A stretch of 64,000 bases of DNA. Source: Chiloscyllium plagiosum (taxonomy: Eukaryota). Each line of letters begins with the position of its first letter. Within the stretch, counting starts at the first letter, position 1. Positions 62,758 through 64,000 of the stretch are shown one piece after another. Location: positions 15,688,545 to 15,752,544 of the forward strand of contig NC_057750.1 of NCBI RefSeq assembly GCF_004010195.1, read 5' to 3'. Made by a program: the position numbers and the translations under genes. The notes beneath the pieces are model-generated. The model searched no databases. It saw only the letters and a program-made list of their open reading frames with translations, and was not told where the DNA came from.

Positions 62758-62875
62758 TCAGATGAAGGAGCAGTGATCTGAAAGCTAGTGCTTCCAAATA
62801 AATGTTGGACTACAACCTGGTGTTGTGTGACTTTTATTTGTATACCCAGTCCAACACCGGCATCTCCAAATCATC
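62758..62875 (+). mobile_element. Penelope family-2 tail with a degenerate hammerhead
   Basis: GATGAAGGAGCAGTGATCTGAAAGCTAGTGCTTCCAAATAAA...CCAACACCGGCATCTCCAAATCAT. Confidence 0.7.
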
Positions 62876-63149
62876 TTTAAGTGGGGGGGGTAGGATGCAG
62901 GGATGTGGTGGTGGTGGCGGCGGCAGTAGTGGTGGTGATGGTGCTGGTAATATTTCCGATATAGATCACTAGAAAGGAAATGATGTAATCCACGATGTGA
63001 TTCCGATTTAGTCTCAGGTTTATTTGAGGAAGCAACTGATTCAGACACGTATAGTTCACCAGTTACTCAAATAAGTGAGCTTGTGTCCTTTAGTGTTAAC
63101 CAATCTCTTATTTTTAAAAGACAAAGAAGTCCAGGACAACAGGAAAGTA

Positions 63150-63420
63150 GAATTTAGATTAGATTAGATTCCCTACAGTGTGGAAACAGGACCTTCGGCC
63201 CAACAAGTCCACACTGACCCGCCGAAGCGCAATCCACCCAGACCCATTCCCCTACATTTACCCCTTCACTTAACACTACGGCAATTTAGCATGGCCAATT
63301 CACCTAACCTGCACATGTTTGGACTGTGGGAGGAAACTGAAGCACCCGGAGGAAACCCATGCAGACACAGGAAGAATGTGCAAACTCCACACAGTCAGTC
63401 GCCTGAGGCGGGAATTAAAT
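63150..63420 (-). mobile_element. HE1-like SINE, 5'-truncated, with a (TCTAA)n tail
   Basis: (TTAGA)n on + followed by the conserved SINE body. Confidence 0.85.
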
Positions 63421-63484
63421 TTGAGGCCAACATCAGATCAGCCTTGATCTTATTGAATAGCATGTGGAAAGAGATTGCATGACG

Positions 63485-63830
63485 TGGCAGCGCGGTTGCT
63501 CAGACGTTAGCATAGCACCAGCAGCCCAGGTTCAAGTCCAGTCTTGGAAGACTCTGTACAGAGTTTGCATGTTATCCCATGTCTGCGTGGGTTTCCTCTG
63601 TGTGCACCAGTTTCCTCCCACAAATCAAAAATGTGCAGGTTAGATGGAGTGACCATGCTAAATTACCCCATAGTGTCCAGGGATGTGCAGGCTAGCTGGT
63701 TTAGCTAAGGTAAATGCGGGGTTACAGGGATAGAGTGGAGAGTCGGTCTGAGTGGGATGCTCTTTGGAGGTCCTTGCAGACTTGATGGGCCGAATGGCTT
63801 CCTTCTGCACTGGAGGGATTCTATGATTCT
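63485..63830 (+). mobile_element. HE1-like SINE
   Basis: tRNA-like head GGCAGCGCGGTTGCTCAG..GGTTCAAGTCC and a CR1 tail. Confidence 0.8.
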
Positions 63831-64000
63831 AAGTGATTATATGACTTGATGATCAGATCAGGCTACCTTCCACCACCTCCCAACTGCTCTATAAGAAGGG
63901 GGAAAAGCAAAGGCAAAAAAAGAATAGAATGGCTGATCTTAACGTTAAGATTAAGAAGCAACTTAATTCTAATTCTGGAGGAGTCTAGAAGAAGGGGATA

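Overview
Eukaryotic genomic DNA from a cartilaginous fish, most likely a shark (inferred from HE1-type tRNA-SINEs, CR1/HER1-type LINEs and elasmobranch-style Penelope elements). There are two assembly gaps (9643-10094, 59963-60959). Two protein-coding genes face each other. HIPK4 is on + (exon 14541-15057, a ~26.5 kb intron, exon from 41547, and a possible last exon at 54248-54343). The last two coding exons and 3'UTR of a PLD3-like gene are on - (62079-62178, 58090-58292). The rest is mostly degraded retroelements (CR1, L1, L2-like, RTE, Tx1, Penelope, several SINE families) and tandem repeats. The most notable signals are: many Penelope-derived minimal hammerhead-ribozyme motifs, some in near-perfect fold-back mini-elements; an apparently co-retroposed tRNA-Trp + SINE composite; a Tx1 LINE capped by a U2 snRNA 5' fragment; and about 160 copies of a 30-bp minisatellite in three blocks inside the HIPK4 intron. 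All family assignments rest on recognised motifs, not database searches, and repeat boundaries are approximate.
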